This document shows positions 55,598-64,000 of a DNA stretch of 64,000 bases, piece by piece. Both the position numbers and the translations under genes were made by a program. The stretch comes from a virus. The notes beneath the pieces are model-generated. The model was not told the DNA's origin. It saw nothing but the letters and a program-made list of their open reading frames with translations, and did not search any database. Numbering within the stretch: the stretch's first letter is position 1; each line of letters begins with the position of its first letter. The DNA is taken from positions 17,560-81,559 of IMG/VR virus record IMGVR_UViG_3300005841_000936. The stretch is one strand, 5' to 3'.

Positions 55598-58276
55598 ATG
55601 CAGATCAATTCCGTCTTAATTGACACGCGCACTTCCGACGAGGTCTTCGCCCGCGCGTTGGCCGAGATCAGCGCTGCAAAAATTCTTGGTCTCGATTGCG
55701 AGACCCAGGATGAAGCCCGCCACGCCGGGCTGAATGCTTTCAATAACAAGAAGCGGCATGTGTTTGATCACCGCCGCACCACCATGACAGGATTTTCATT
55801 CTATGCGGACGGATCCGACACCGCCTGGTACGTCAACCTCGCCCATGCTGACGTTGACAATTGCCTTCCTCGTGATCGTGCTCTTGCTCTCCTTGGGGCT
55901 CGGTCTGTGGACTGCATCCTCATCGCCCACAACGCCCCCTTCGAACTGGTCATGTTCGAGGCCTGTCTCGGGCTGAAACTAACGAACGTCATCTGCACGC
56001 TGCAGATGGCGGTCACCCATCACGGGCCCGACGAATATCCACTTCAGAAGTTCTTCGACACGCCGCTGAGTGCCATCAAACCGCTGGCCAAAGGCATCCT
56101 TGAAGCCTTCGCGAGCTACGACTCCTCAACCAAGGGGCGTAGTCTCGGTAGCACTCAGCAGGACCTGCTCGGCAAGTTCATATCGAAGACGTCGAAGGCG
56201 GCGCACAGCTATAATGGTTTCGTCGGTGACATCGCGATTGGCTACAATCTCAAGAAGCTGACCAAGAGTGTGTTCGGCTATCAGATGACCACCTATGAGG
56301 AGGTCCTGAAGGCCCACGGTGCCAAGCATATGGGCGAGCTGACGGGCGAGCAGGTCGTGGCTTACGGCGCGGACGACGCCTTCTGGGCGGTGCAGCACTT
56401 CAAGCAAATGAAGGATGATCTCCTTCGCACCAACCCTGCGGTGCTGAAGACTTTCCTTACCCAGGAAAATCCGATGATCTACGTCTACGCCGAGTCATGG
56501 CGGGATGGACTTCGGCTAGACCTCGACGAGGTCTATGTGCGGCAGGCGCACGAGCGCAGGGAAATGGCCAAGGTGCTACGCCTCTTCAAGAAGCAGATCG
56601 TCGCCCTGCTTCCCTTCCCCGATGAACCCAGCGCCGAGCTGGTGAAGCGGCAGGCCGACTGGTACATTGGGTATCCGAAGGGTGATCTTACGCAGCCGCG
56701 CAACAATTACATCAAGAAGCGTCAGCAGATCACCGAGTGGGCCACATCGCCCGACAGTGACGACGATTTCACACAGTGCTTCCAGGCCTCGAACCCCATC
56801 GGAAACGCTTGGGCGATCGAGAAAGGCATGAAATTACCACCGAGCGGCGCAAAGCTGAACCTCGTCCATTATCATGGCATGCGGACGATCCTACATGATC
56901 TGATGGGCCTTCCGCTGGTGTGGATCGACGGCGCTGTCACGACCGACGCGGAAGCGCGCGGCAAGATGATGCTGAAGGCTGAGGCCGCGGAAGATGAGAA
57001 GATCATCGCGCTGCTCAAGTCCTTCCAAACGATGTCTGACATTGAGCAGCGCATGAAGCTGTATCTAACCCCATACACTCAGCTCATGGATCCGGAAACG
57101 AGCCGGGTCTACGCTCAGCTCTCGAGCATGCTCGCCAGCCGGCGCATGGCTATGCGTGATCCTAACGGCATGCAGCTTTCCAAACAGGGTGAGTCCACAT
57201 ATGTCCGTGGGTTCTTCCTTGGTGACACTGACGATCACGTTGTAGTTTCTGCCGACTGGAGCTCAGTCGAACTCGTAGAGATCGGGGACTTCAGCGGCGA
57301 TCCGGAGTTCGCCAAGGTCTTCGGGCAGATACCTTATGGTGATCTTCACTCCGGTGCCGCGGCCGACTGCTTGGCGGTAAAGACCTTGCCCGGTCTGACC
57401 GAGGAGGAATTCCGAGAGTTCAAGTTCGGCCGTAATCCGAACAATCGCCGTCTGCTCAACGTCTTCACCGGTGTCGAGATGGAGCCGAGGAAATATTACA
57501 GTCACACTCGCGGGACTCCAGTTGGCAAAGGTGCCAACTTCAACTACTGGTATAGCGGGTCGCTTTCCACAATTGCGGGAAACTTAGGTTGGACATCCGA
57601 CGAGATGTGGGAAGCGACCGACAGATATCGGACTCGCTTCGCTGTCGCCGAAGCTTGGCGCGTTGGAGTACAGAACGAAGCGATCAACAACGGCTTCGTC
57701 ACTCTTCCTGATCATCACCGCCGGGTTCGTGTTGAGGCCACTGGCATGTGGCACAACGCCATGATGCGTAAGTTCGCGGATATCTCCGCGGCGCCAGCTA
57801 TGATGGAGTACGCTGAGCTCGCCCTAAAGAGGATCCAGAGCCGAGCGAAAAATCAGATCGTCAACTCCCTGATCCAAGGTAGCTGTGCCACCCTGGCCAA
57901 GCGATCAATCCTGCGCTTGCGTGAGCTGGTGACCGAGGCCGGTATCGCCGACCAGGTTCGGTTCATGATGCCGATCCACGATGAGCTGGTTTATTCGGTC
58001 CATCGTGACGTTGTTATGATCTTCATCCCGTTGCTGCGTCAGGCAATGACGGAGCATAAGGACATCATCAAGACGCTGCCGTTGGCCTGCACAGTGGCAA
58101 TTGGAAAGACCTTTAAGCCATTCGACTTTAAGCGCCCTGCCCTTACCCAGATCGAACTGGATGAAGCCAGTCCGATCGAGGGCGTCATTCCGCAAGAGCT
58201 CGAAGGCCAGAAGCTGGACGATGATATGGTTCGGAGAGTCATTGCCTTCATCGCAGATGCGAAGGTTGCGGCCTGA
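55598..58276 (+). CDS. Family A DNA polymerase with 3'-5' exonuclease
   Basis: 'LDCET', 'AHNA.FE', motif A 'DWSSVEL', motif B 'K.ANF...YS', motif C 'IHDEL'; start MQINSV. Confidence 0.93.
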   Translation: MQINSVLIDTRTSDEVFARALAEISAAKILGLDCETQDEARHAGLNAFNNKKRHVFDHRRTTMTGFSFYADGSDTAWYVNLAHADVDNCLPRDRALALLGARSVDCILIAHNAPFELVMFEACLGLKLTNVICTLQMAVTHHGPDEYPLQKFFDTPLSAIKPLAKGILEAFASYDSSTKGRSLGSTQQDLLGKFISKTSKAAHSYNGFVGDIAIGYNLKKLTKSVFGYQMTTYEEVLKAHGAKHMGELTGEQVVAYGADDAFWAVQHFKQMKDDLLRTNPAVLKTFLTQENPMIYVYAESWRDGLRLDLDEVYVRQAHERREMAKVLRLFKKQIVALLPFPDEPSAELVKRQADWYIGYPKGDLTQPRNNYIKKRQQITEWATSPDSDDDFTQCFQASNPIGNAWAIEKGMKLPPSGAKLNLVHYHGMRTILHDLMGLPLVWIDGAVTTDAEARGKMMLKAEAAEDEKIIALLKSFQTMSDIEQRMKLYLTPYTQLMDPETSRVYAQLSSMLASRRMAMRDPNGMQLSKQGESTYVRGFFLGDTDDHVVVSADWSSVELVEIGDFSGDPEFAKVFGQIPYGDLHSGAAADCLAVKTLPGLTEEEFREFKFGRNPNNRRLLNVFTGVEMEPRKYYSHTRGTPVGKGANFNYWYSGSLSTIAGNLGWTSDEMWEATDRYRTRFAVAEAWRVGVQNEAINNGFVTLPDHHRRVRVEATGMWHNAMMRKFADISAAPAMMEYAELALKRIQSRAKNQIVNSLIQGSCATLAKRSILRLRELVTEAGIADQVRFMMPIHDELVYSVHRDVVMIFIPLLRQAMTEHKDIIKTLPLACTVAIGKTFKPFDFKRPALTQIELDEASPIEGVIPQELEGQKLDDDMVRRVIAFIADAKVAA

Positions 58277-58291
58277 GTTACTCAGTAACTC
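58275..58291. promoter_or_regulatory. Operator motif A (GAGTTACTCAGTAACTC) abutting the polymerase stop codon
   Basis: 17-bp palindrome with one central base; extra half-site at 58292. Confidence 0.8.
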
Positions 58292-58351
58292 GTAACTCGA
58301 GCCTGTCATCCGCCGCCAACCAGTGCGACTCCTCTCGCGAGGAGATTTCAT

Positions 58352-58537
58352 ATGGATAAGCTCGCAGCGTTCATCTTCGTCTTACTTCTTGGCCTTGTCG
58401 GTCTCTATGGCGTCGGCACTTTTGTCGCGTGGGACCTCAACCCGGCTCATTGGGATCCTATCGGCCGAGCTTTGATAAGCATCCTTTCGGTGGGTTGGTT
58501 AGTGCTGCTCGGGTCTATCGCTGCAAATGAAAAATGA
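58352..58537 (+). CDS. Small two-TM membrane protein
   Basis: GAGGAG SD inside a hairpin. Confidence 0.65.
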   Translation: MDKLAAFIFVLLLGLVGLYGVGTFVAWDLNPAHWDPIGRALISILSVGWLVLLGSIAANEK

Positions 58538-58931
58538 CGGCAAATCTGCCGAGGCCGCGTTCCTTGCCCGGCTTGATAAGCCGGGTGTCGTTGTCGAGCG
58601 GTTCTGGGATCAGCGCGACCTCCGCGGTATCAATAACGGCCGGCCCGTCGGGGACTTCCCGAAGCCGGCCGACTTTCTCGTCACCGAAAATGGCCTGATG
58701 CATTACGCCGAGGTGAAGTCGAACGAGAACCCAACGCGGTTCTCGTTCGGTGACATTCGACCGAAGCAACGATCAACTGCGCTCAAGCAAGCCGCGGTTG
58801 GTGGCCCCTACTGGTTTTATATCTTCAGCTATGCGCTCGGACAGTGGTTCCGCATGGGCGCTGAACAGTTCGCTGCCGCGGTTACCGCTGGTCAAAAATC
58901 AATTAAGTATGAGGAGCTTACGCCGTGGTGA
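58527..58931 (+). CDS. PD-(D/E)xK nuclease, putative Holliday junction resolvase
   Basis: 'E..F', 'PADFLV', 'AEVKS', 'I...Q'. Confidence 0.78.
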   Translation: MKNDGKSAEAAFLARLDKPGVVVERFWDQRDLRGINNGRPVGDFPKPADFLVTENGLMHYAEVKSNENPTRFSFGDIRPKQRSTALKQAAVGGPYWFYIFSYALGQWFRMGAEQFAAAVTAGQKSIKYEELTPW

Positions 58932-59488
58932 TGACTGACATGATGGTGGACGTCGAGACCACTGGCACCAATCCTGAGTTCGCCGCGGTGATGCAAATTG
59001 CCGCGATCAAGTTCAACCACGGCACCGAGGAGATTGGCCCTACCTTTAATCGTGCTCTGGCATTGGCGCCGAACCGTTTCTGGGACGATGATACCAAGAG
59101 CTGGTGGATGCGTCAGAAGCGTTCGGTCTTCGACGGCATTGTCGCCCGCATGGAAGATCCGCGCGCCGTGACTGAAGCCTTTTATCGCTATGCTTTGGAG
59201 GACGCGCCGCCCGGCGGCTATCGCTTCTGGGCGAAGCCAACCAGTTTCGACTGGCCCATGATCGCCGGGTATATGCGTCAGTACGCCCTGCCCATGCCCT
59301 TCCACTACCGCCAGGCGCGTGACGTGAACACCTACATCGCCGCGTGCATGGACAACGGCGTTGAACATAAGGAGCTCGAGCACATCACTGCGCCCGGGGA
59401 CGCGCACAACGCCCTGCACGACTGCGTCCTGCAGCTGAAGAAGGTGTTCGCTGCTAAGAACAAACTGTGGGGTGAGGTGCTTCCATGA
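58931..59488 (+). CDS. DEDDh 3'-5' exonuclease
   Basis: 'MVDVETTG', 'FDWP', 'RDVNT', 'HNALHD'. Confidence 0.85.
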   Translation: MTDMMVDVETTGTNPEFAAVMQIAAIKFNHGTEEIGPTFNRALALAPNRFWDDDTKSWWMRQKRSVFDGIVARMEDPRAVTEAFYRYALEDAPPGGYRFWAKPTSFDWPMIAGYMRQYALPMPFHYRQARDVNTYIAACMDNGVEHKELEHITAPGDAHNALHDCVLQLKKVFAAKNKLWGEVLP

Positions 59489-59844
59489 GAACATTTCAGC
59501 AAGAGATCAAAGAGTGGTGTCTCGCCTGCTTTGGTCCTGAGATCACTGCAGACAAGATCGAGCGTAATCATCGTTTCCTCGAAGAGGCGCTGGAGCTGGT
59601 CCAGTCGTGCGGTTGCACGATCAGTGAAGCCCATCAGCTTGTTGATTATGTGTTCAATCGACCAGTCGGGGATCCGTTTCAGGAGAGCGGTGGTGTCAGC
59701 GTGACGCACGCCGCCCTATGTAATGCCAACGGCATCGACATGGGTGACGCAGCGGTGTCTGAGGCCGTACGGATCTGGACGAAGGTCGACGCTATTCGTG
59801 AGAAACAGGCGAACAAGCCAAAGCACTCGCCGTTGCCGCAATGA
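59485..59844 (+). CDS. MazG-like nucleotide pyrophosphohydrolase-fold protein
   Basis: 'RFLEEALEL...QE.GG' all-alpha pattern. Confidence 0.6.
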   Translation: MRTFQQEIKEWCLACFGPEITADKIERNHRFLEEALELVQSCGCTISEAHQLVDYVFNRPVGDPFQESGGVSVTHAALCNANGIDMGDAAVSEAVRIWTKVDAIREKQANKPKHSPLPQ

Positions 59845-60095
59845 CCCGCCTCGACGAATTCGAGAGCTACGACCACGCCGTTTATCCGGGGCTCGCCCTG
59901 ACCCGGAACGATTACGGTTATACAACCGGTGCTTACGTTCACCCACTGGGCATTGTCCGAGTGGTTCGCTTCAGCACTGTGACATCACTTTATCTGGTGC
60001 GTGCTAAGAGAGAATATCAGCGCCGCTGGGAGCGGTATTGGGGTGATAAGACAATCTCTCGCCTCGCTCGAGAATTCCTAGAGGATATGGAATGA
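59841..60095 (+). CDS. Hypothetical protein
   Basis: ATGA-coupled. Confidence 0.6.
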   Translation: MTRLDEFESYDHAVYPGLALTRNDYGYTTGAYVHPLGIVRVVRFSTVTSLYLVRAKREYQRRWERYWGDKTISRLAREFLEDME

Positions 60096-61042
60096 ACTTC
60101 ACCCTGCAAGATGGCCGTGTCGTCCACCTGATCGGTGACCCGCACATGGGCAAGAAGTTCGAGAACGGCGTGCCGCTCGATCGCCGCGGTGATCGGGAGA
60201 AGCGACAGATGCTGCGTCTCCAGATCAATCTCAGCAAGGAATGCGATTTCAACGTCATGGTTGGTGATCTCTTCGATCACCCTCACGTCGGCTACAGCGT
60301 CGTGCTCGACGTAGCTAACGCCTACATCGATCAGGCGAGGGCCTATCCTGAGACCACCTTCATTGCGATGGCCGGCAACCACGACCTGCCCCGCAACCTG
60401 GGCGTGGTTGGTGCCTTCGACGTATTTGAGAAACTGGTTTCTCGAGAGCCGAACATTGAAGTGCTTCGACAACCGCTGAGCCTCGAGGGCGCATTGGTTT
60501 TCTTCCCCTGGGAGTGGAACAGGAGCGCAATCGATCAACTCGATGGTCTCGATAAGCACCCGAAACGAAGCGAGTTCGAAGCGGTCATTGGCCACTGGGA
60601 CCTGCAGAGCTATGGCGGTGACGACAGTCATATGGCGCCGACAAAGGCACTGAAGGAAGCCCTTAGTCCGAACATCACCATTTACTCAGGCCATTATCAT
60701 GTGCCGGGGACGTATGGAGACGTACATTGCACCGGTTCGATGGAACCCTACAGCCATGCCGAGGACCCGGACGGTGAGATTTACATCACCGTCACGCTAG
60801 ACGAGCTCGAAGGGATGGACGTTACAAATAAGTGCGTCCGTGTCCTTCTGGCAGAGGGTGAAGAGATGCCTGTCGGTTTGGATTGCCTGGCGCTCACCGC
60901 GAAACGCATTCAGCCAGAAGGGCTCGAGCAGGAAGTGAGTGGCGCAATGGCAGCGTTCGACTGGGCGTCGATCCTTGAGGACTGTCTCAAAGACACACCT
61001 TCGGAAGTCCGTCAGTTCATATCGGAGAGGCTCAATGCATAG
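60092..61042 (+). CDS. Metallophosphoesterase, SbcD/Mre11-like nuclease
   Basis: 'GDPH', 'GDLFD', 'GNHD', 'GH', 'GHYH', 'GS'. Confidence 0.85.
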   Translation: MNFTLQDGRVVHLIGDPHMGKKFENGVPLDRRGDREKRQMLRLQINLSKECDFNVMVGDLFDHPHVGYSVVLDVANAYIDQARAYPETTFIAMAGNHDLPRNLGVVGAFDVFEKLVSREPNIEVLRQPLSLEGALVFFPWEWNRSAIDQLDGLDKHPKRSEFEAVIGHWDLQSYGGDDSHMAPTKALKEALSPNITIYSGHYHVPGTYGDVHCTGSMEPYSHAEDPDGEIYITVTLDELEGMDVTNKCVRVLLAEGEEMPVGLDCLALTAKRIQPEGLEQEVSGAMAAFDWASILEDCLKDTPSEVRQFISERLNA

Positions 61043-61202
61043 GCATTGTCGCACCAAGTCGGAACCGGGGCACGAACGTGTTGCCATCAGTGCTCGTATC
61101 GATGAGAAGCTTTACGATGAACTGATGCGACGGACTGTCGTCAATCGGCGCAGCATCGCAGGTCAGTTAGAATCTGATCTTGCTGAACTCTACGGCATGT
61201 AA
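61035..61202 (+). CDS. Arc/RHH-like small DNA-binding protein
   Basis: 'ISARIDEKLYDEL......RRSIA'. Confidence 0.6.
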   Translation: MHRHCRTKSEPGHERVAISARIDEKLYDELMRRTVVNRRSIAGQLESDLAELYGM

Positions 61203-61211
61203 CTCAGTCAC
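61199..61211. promoter_or_regulatory. Operator motif A (GTAACTCAGTCAC) overlapping a stop codon, upstream of the xis-int block
   Basis: Near-consensus; followed by TTCTCGATCC, as at 29638. Confidence 0.7.
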
Positions 61212-61278
61212 TTCTCGATCCGAAGTTGAGACTTCGGCCCAGCAAGAGTCAAACATAACTCCAACTTTGGAGACCGTT

Positions 61279-61377
61279 ATGACTCTTACCAAGACCGAAA
61301 TTGCAATGGCTGTTGTGGTGATCCTCGTCACGTTGCTGCTTCTGTTCAGCTGCACGCCTGATGCGGTGCTCGTGTGA
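61279..61377 (+). CDS. 32-aa hydrophobic peptide
   Basis: GGAG SD; single TM segment ending LFSC. Confidence 0.55.
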   Translation: MTLTKTEIAMAVVVILVTLLLLFSCTPDAVLV

Positions 61378-61640
61378 AGCACCCAAGCATGGGTGAGCTA
61401 TCTCTTCGACTGGCTGACCGGGCCCGCCAACATGGTGTCACGGCTGGGATCGTCTGTAGCAGGCGATCCCAGTCGCGTTACGTTCGCCTGAACGGGTCGG
61501 TTGTCATACGCCTATCGAACCATGTCCGGCTCGAGCCGTCGTGGCATCATTGCGATCTCGACGTTGTGATCAAGCACCCGAACTTCATTGAAGCTGAGAT
61601 GGCGAAGGCCATCGAGTTCATCGATCGGACGTACGGGTGA
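61374..61640 (+). CDS. Hypothetical protein
   Basis: 'S.SRY......IRLSNH'. Confidence 0.65.
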   Translation: MKHPSMGELSLRLADRARQHGVTAGIVCSRRSQSRYVRLNGSVVIRLSNHVRLEPSWHHCDLDVVIKHPNFIEAEMAKAIEFIDRTYG

Positions 61641-61837
61641 CAGCTCGAGCGCGCTTCAAGCAATCCGACGTCACCCGTATCTTTCAGGGCGCGGCCAAGG
61701 CAGGCGTGGAGCTGTCACGAATTGAGGTCTGTCCGCATACGGGACGCATCATGGCCTTTACAGGTCCACCAACAAGTGTCACCTCCAATGACCCTGAAGA
61801 GCCAAACGAATGGGACGACGTTCTCAATCTAGGTTAA
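61637..61837 (+). CDS. Excisionase-like protein
   Basis: 'F.Q.DV.R...A.KAG......I....NEWD' small protein overlapping the integrase start. Confidence 0.7.
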   Translation: MTARARFKQSDVTRIFQGAAKAGVELSRIEVCPHTGRIMAFTGPPTSVTSNDPEEPNEWDDVLNLG

Positions 61838-62964
61838 GCCTCCCGCCGAACGTGACAGCGTACATCGATCGTCACGGTAAGGCTCGATTTCGTTATCGAA
61901 AAACAGGACGACCGAGCTACGAATTTAAGGGCGACCCTGGCACCGCGAAGAATCCGAGCGCCGAGTACAGGGCGCTTGCTGCAGGCAAGAAGCCACAGAC
62001 ACCGGCCGCGCCGCCGGGCACGATCAGGGATCTGATCAACCGCTTCTATAGCACCTCAGCGTTCACTAACCCTGGTCCTGTTACTCATCAGAAAGTGAGG
62101 GCGCGGCTCGAGGCGTTCTGTGCGAAGCACGGTACTAAGCGTGTCACCACCATCCGCTTTAACCACGTCGAGGCGATACTTGCTGATACAGCGAAGCCAG
62201 GTGTTAATGCTGCCGGCAAGCGGATCGGAGGACCTAACGCCGCCAAGAGCCTGGAGAAGGATCTCGTCAAGGTCTTTGACTTGGCGGTGAAGCTGGAACT
62301 GATCAATACTAATCCGGTTCGCCTCGCCGACGGAGTGAAGGTGCCGAAGACTTCCGGGTATCACAGCTGGGAAGAGCATGAGATTGACCAGTTTCGTGCG
62401 AAGTTCCCGGTCGGCACGAAGGGTCGGCTCGCGATTGAGATCATTCTATGGACCCTGCAGCGTCGTGGCGACGCCTCACGCTTCGGCCCGAAGCACCGAC
62501 GCGGAGGAATGATCCACATCTTCATTGAGAAGAGCAAGAAGATGGCATGGCTCCCGGAGCCTCACCAGTTGACTGCTGCGATCGAGGCGATGCCAGCCGT
62601 AGGCCTGACGACGTTCATTGTTACCGAGTTCGGTAAGCCGTTCACCCCTGCGGGCTTCGGCAACTGGTTCCGTGATCGCTGTGATGAAGCCGGCCTACCA
62701 CACTGCTCGGCTCACGGATTGCGCAAGGCTACGGCTCGTCGTCTTGCCGAGCTCGGCGCCAGCCAGCAGCAGCTTAAGGCGGCGGGCAGTTGGGCCGGGG
62801 ATAAGGAAGTCACTACATATACCGCTGCAGCCGACCAGAAGCGACTAGCTGACCAAGCCATGACCGACCTCTCCGCACGGGAAAATCAGCTTGGCGAGGT
62901 TCGACAAATAGAACAGGCCCCCGAGGGAGATCAGGAGGTGTTTCAGGCAGGTTCGACAAAGTAA
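61810..62964 (+). CDS. int: Tyrosine integrase
   Basis: R (QRRGD), HGLRK, W, Y (EVTTYT); 'DRHGK.R.RYR' arm-binding N-terminus. Confidence 0.93.
   Translation: MGRRSQSRLSLPPNVTAYIDRHGKARFRYRKTGRPSYEFKGDPGTAKNPSAEYRALAAGKKPQTPAAPPGTIRDLINRFYSTSAFTNPGPVTHQKVRARLEAFCAKHGTKRVTTIRFNHVEAILADTAKPGVNAAGKRIGGPNAAKSLEKDLVKVFDLAVKLELINTNPVRLADGVKVPKTSGYHSWEEHEIDQFRAKFPVGTKGRLAIEIILWTLQRRGDASRFGPKHRRGGMIHIFIEKSKKMAWLPEPHQLTAAIEAMPAVGLTTFIVTEFGKPFTPAGFGNWFRDRCDEAGLPHCSAHGLRKATARRLAELGASQQQLKAAGSWAGDKEVTTYTAAADQKRLADQAMTDLSARENQLGEVRQIEQAPEGDQEVFQAGSTK
62897..62960 (+). repeat. Direct repeats AGGTTCGACAAA x2 (candidate Int arm sites)
   Basis: 62897-62908 and 62949-62960. Confidence 0.75.
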
Positions 62965-62985
62965 GTGATTGAAATTACACGGTTG

Positions 62986-63008
62986 TGGCTCTCCGTCCCG
63001 GGGAGCCA
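62986..63008 (+). other. Putative attR core: 3' end of a tRNA-Asn-like gene (TCCGTCCCGGGGAGCCA)
   Basis: Ends in GAGCCA like bacterial tRNA-Asn; imperfect inverted repeat TGGCTCTCCG/CGGGGAGCCA; directly after int. Confidence 0.65.
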
Positions 63009-63026
63009 TTTCTTGCCAGTTTGCCC

Positions 63027-63165
63027 TTATTGAAGAGCGCTCTCGACGTCCGTCTTGGCGAAATCCATTCCAGCGTAGCGCAAGGGGCAGCCATGCTCCC
63101 GCGCGACCTCATAGGCGAAGCAGTCGCCGAAGTTCAGACCAGGAATGAACGCCCTTTCCCCCATT
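63027..63165 (-). pseudogene. vapC: VapC/PIN toxin C-terminal remnant
   Basis: Manual translation GKGVH/PGLNFGDCFAYEVAREHGCPL.YAG.DFAKTDV; frameshifted, no 5' part. Confidence 0.75.
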
Positions 63166-63250
63166 TTTGATCTGCATTGCCTCCCCCAAGCGAGTCATTC
63201 ACCCGAGCCATTAATTAGATTATTGGATAGTCCAATTCTAGAGAGACCCG

Positions 63251-64000
63251 CTAAACTTCGCAGCCCTTCAGCATCTGCGCAGCCTCGTCGAACGCCTTCC
63301 AGACCCGGCTGGCGAGGCCTGCACCGACGCTGCAGCGGCGCACGCCCAGCGCCGCAAAAGCGCGAATGCTCTCGTCATAGTCACCGATCACTACATTGAC
63401 CGGCTTCGGCGAAACTGCCGCAACTAATTCCGCAACGGCGCCGCGATCGAGAATGAACGGCACGAACAGGCAATCTGCGCCGGCGTCAGCATAAGCGACT
63501 GCACGCTTTATGCTCTCGGCGACGGGCATTTCGGGAACCCGGAAATTCTCGTTGCGGCCGATCAGCATCACGCTCGGATCGGCAGCGTCTATCGCTTCAC
63601 GCGCGGCGGCGATGCGATCGACGGCAAGACCGCGGTCATACATATTGCTTCCGGACCAATCCTCGATCGATATGCCGGCAACGCCGGTATCGACGGCAAG
63701 CGCTACATTGCTCGCGACCGCCGCGGGATCGTCGGCAAAGCCATTCTCGAAGTCGGCATTGACCGGCAGATCGGTGCTCGCGACGAGCATCCTCAGATGC
63801 GCCAGCACCGCGTCACGGCCAAGCTCGCCATCGTCCTTGCCGGCCGCCCACGCTGCCCCCGCGCTCGTCGAGGCAATCGCCTTGAAGCCGAGCTTGGTGA
63901 GTCGGACGGAGCTCCCAGCGTCCCACGCATTGGGAATGATGAAAAAGCCGCTCTCATGCAGCCTGCGGAATGTGGCGCGCTTCTCGGACGTCGTCGGCAT
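63251..64000 (-). CDS. Isocitrate lyase/PEP mutase family protein (host)
   Basis: 'PNAWDAGS', 'ASTSAG', 'PVNADFENGF', 'IED', 'AYADAGAD.LF'. Confidence 0.92.
   Translation of the reverse strand: MPTTSEKRATFRRLHESGFFIIPNAWDAGSSVRLTKLGFKAIASTSAGAAWAAGKDDGELGRDAVLAHLRMLVASTDLPVNADFENGFADDPAAVASNVALAVDTGVAGISIEDWSGSNMYDRGLAVDRIAAAREAIDAADPSVMLIGRNENFRVPEMPVAESIKRAVAYADAGADCLFVPFILDRGAVAELVAAVSPKPVNVVIGDYDESIRAFAALGVRRCSVGAGLASRVWKAFDEAAQMLKGCEV

Larger units (their letters stand above)
1..63008. mobile_element. Integrated temperate siphovirus-like prophage (left end outside the window)
   Basis: Head, tail, packaging and replication modules, ending in xis-like gene, tyrosine integrase and a tRNA 3' fragment, followed by host-type genes. 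Confidence 0.93.

Noticed and set aside
50286-59844. Z-base (2-aminoadenine) DNA system
   Set aside because: No PurZ/PurA-like gene; the HD and MazG genes are fragments
62986-63008. Complete tRNA gene
   Set aside because: Only ~17 nt of a 3' end; no D, anticodon or full T arm
1-63008. Endolysin/holin/spanin lysis cassette
   Set aside because: No recognisable endolysin in the window; probably lies in the unseen left arm, so small membrane ORFs were not called holins

Overview
Almost the whole window (1 to ~63008) is the right-hand part of a large integrated siphovirus-type prophage, probably in an alphaproteobacterium (host assignment is inference). Virion genes lie mostly on the minus strand (1-24744): tail tip, tail tube, tape measure, capsid, protease, a block of carbohydrate-binding/depolymerase genes, portal and terminase. 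From 24870 everything is on the plus strand: primase-helicase, a ~12 kb array of small early genes, rIIA/rIIB, DNA ligase, ribonucleotide reductase, helicase, exonucleases, family A polymerase, resolvase, an xis-like gene and a tyrosine integrase. The prophage ends at a tRNA-Asn-like 3' fragment (attR), followed by a vapC remnant and a host isocitrate lyase/PEP mutase family gene. The most notable unexplained layer is non-coding. A 13-bp palindromic motif (GTKAC-YNR-GTMAC) occurs about 14 times, several copies on or beside stop codons, resembling a stoperator/CIR network, with no canonical CI repressor in view. There is also a second palindrome family (TTGGGAC-NN-GTCCCAA, 3 copies), two structured RNA candidates (~28195-28375, ~36142-36322) and shared late-promoter-like motifs. 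Decay is visible as a nonsense-interrupted HNH gene and an HD-hydrolase/MazG deletion junction. All product calls come from motif recognition by eye; no database searches were run.
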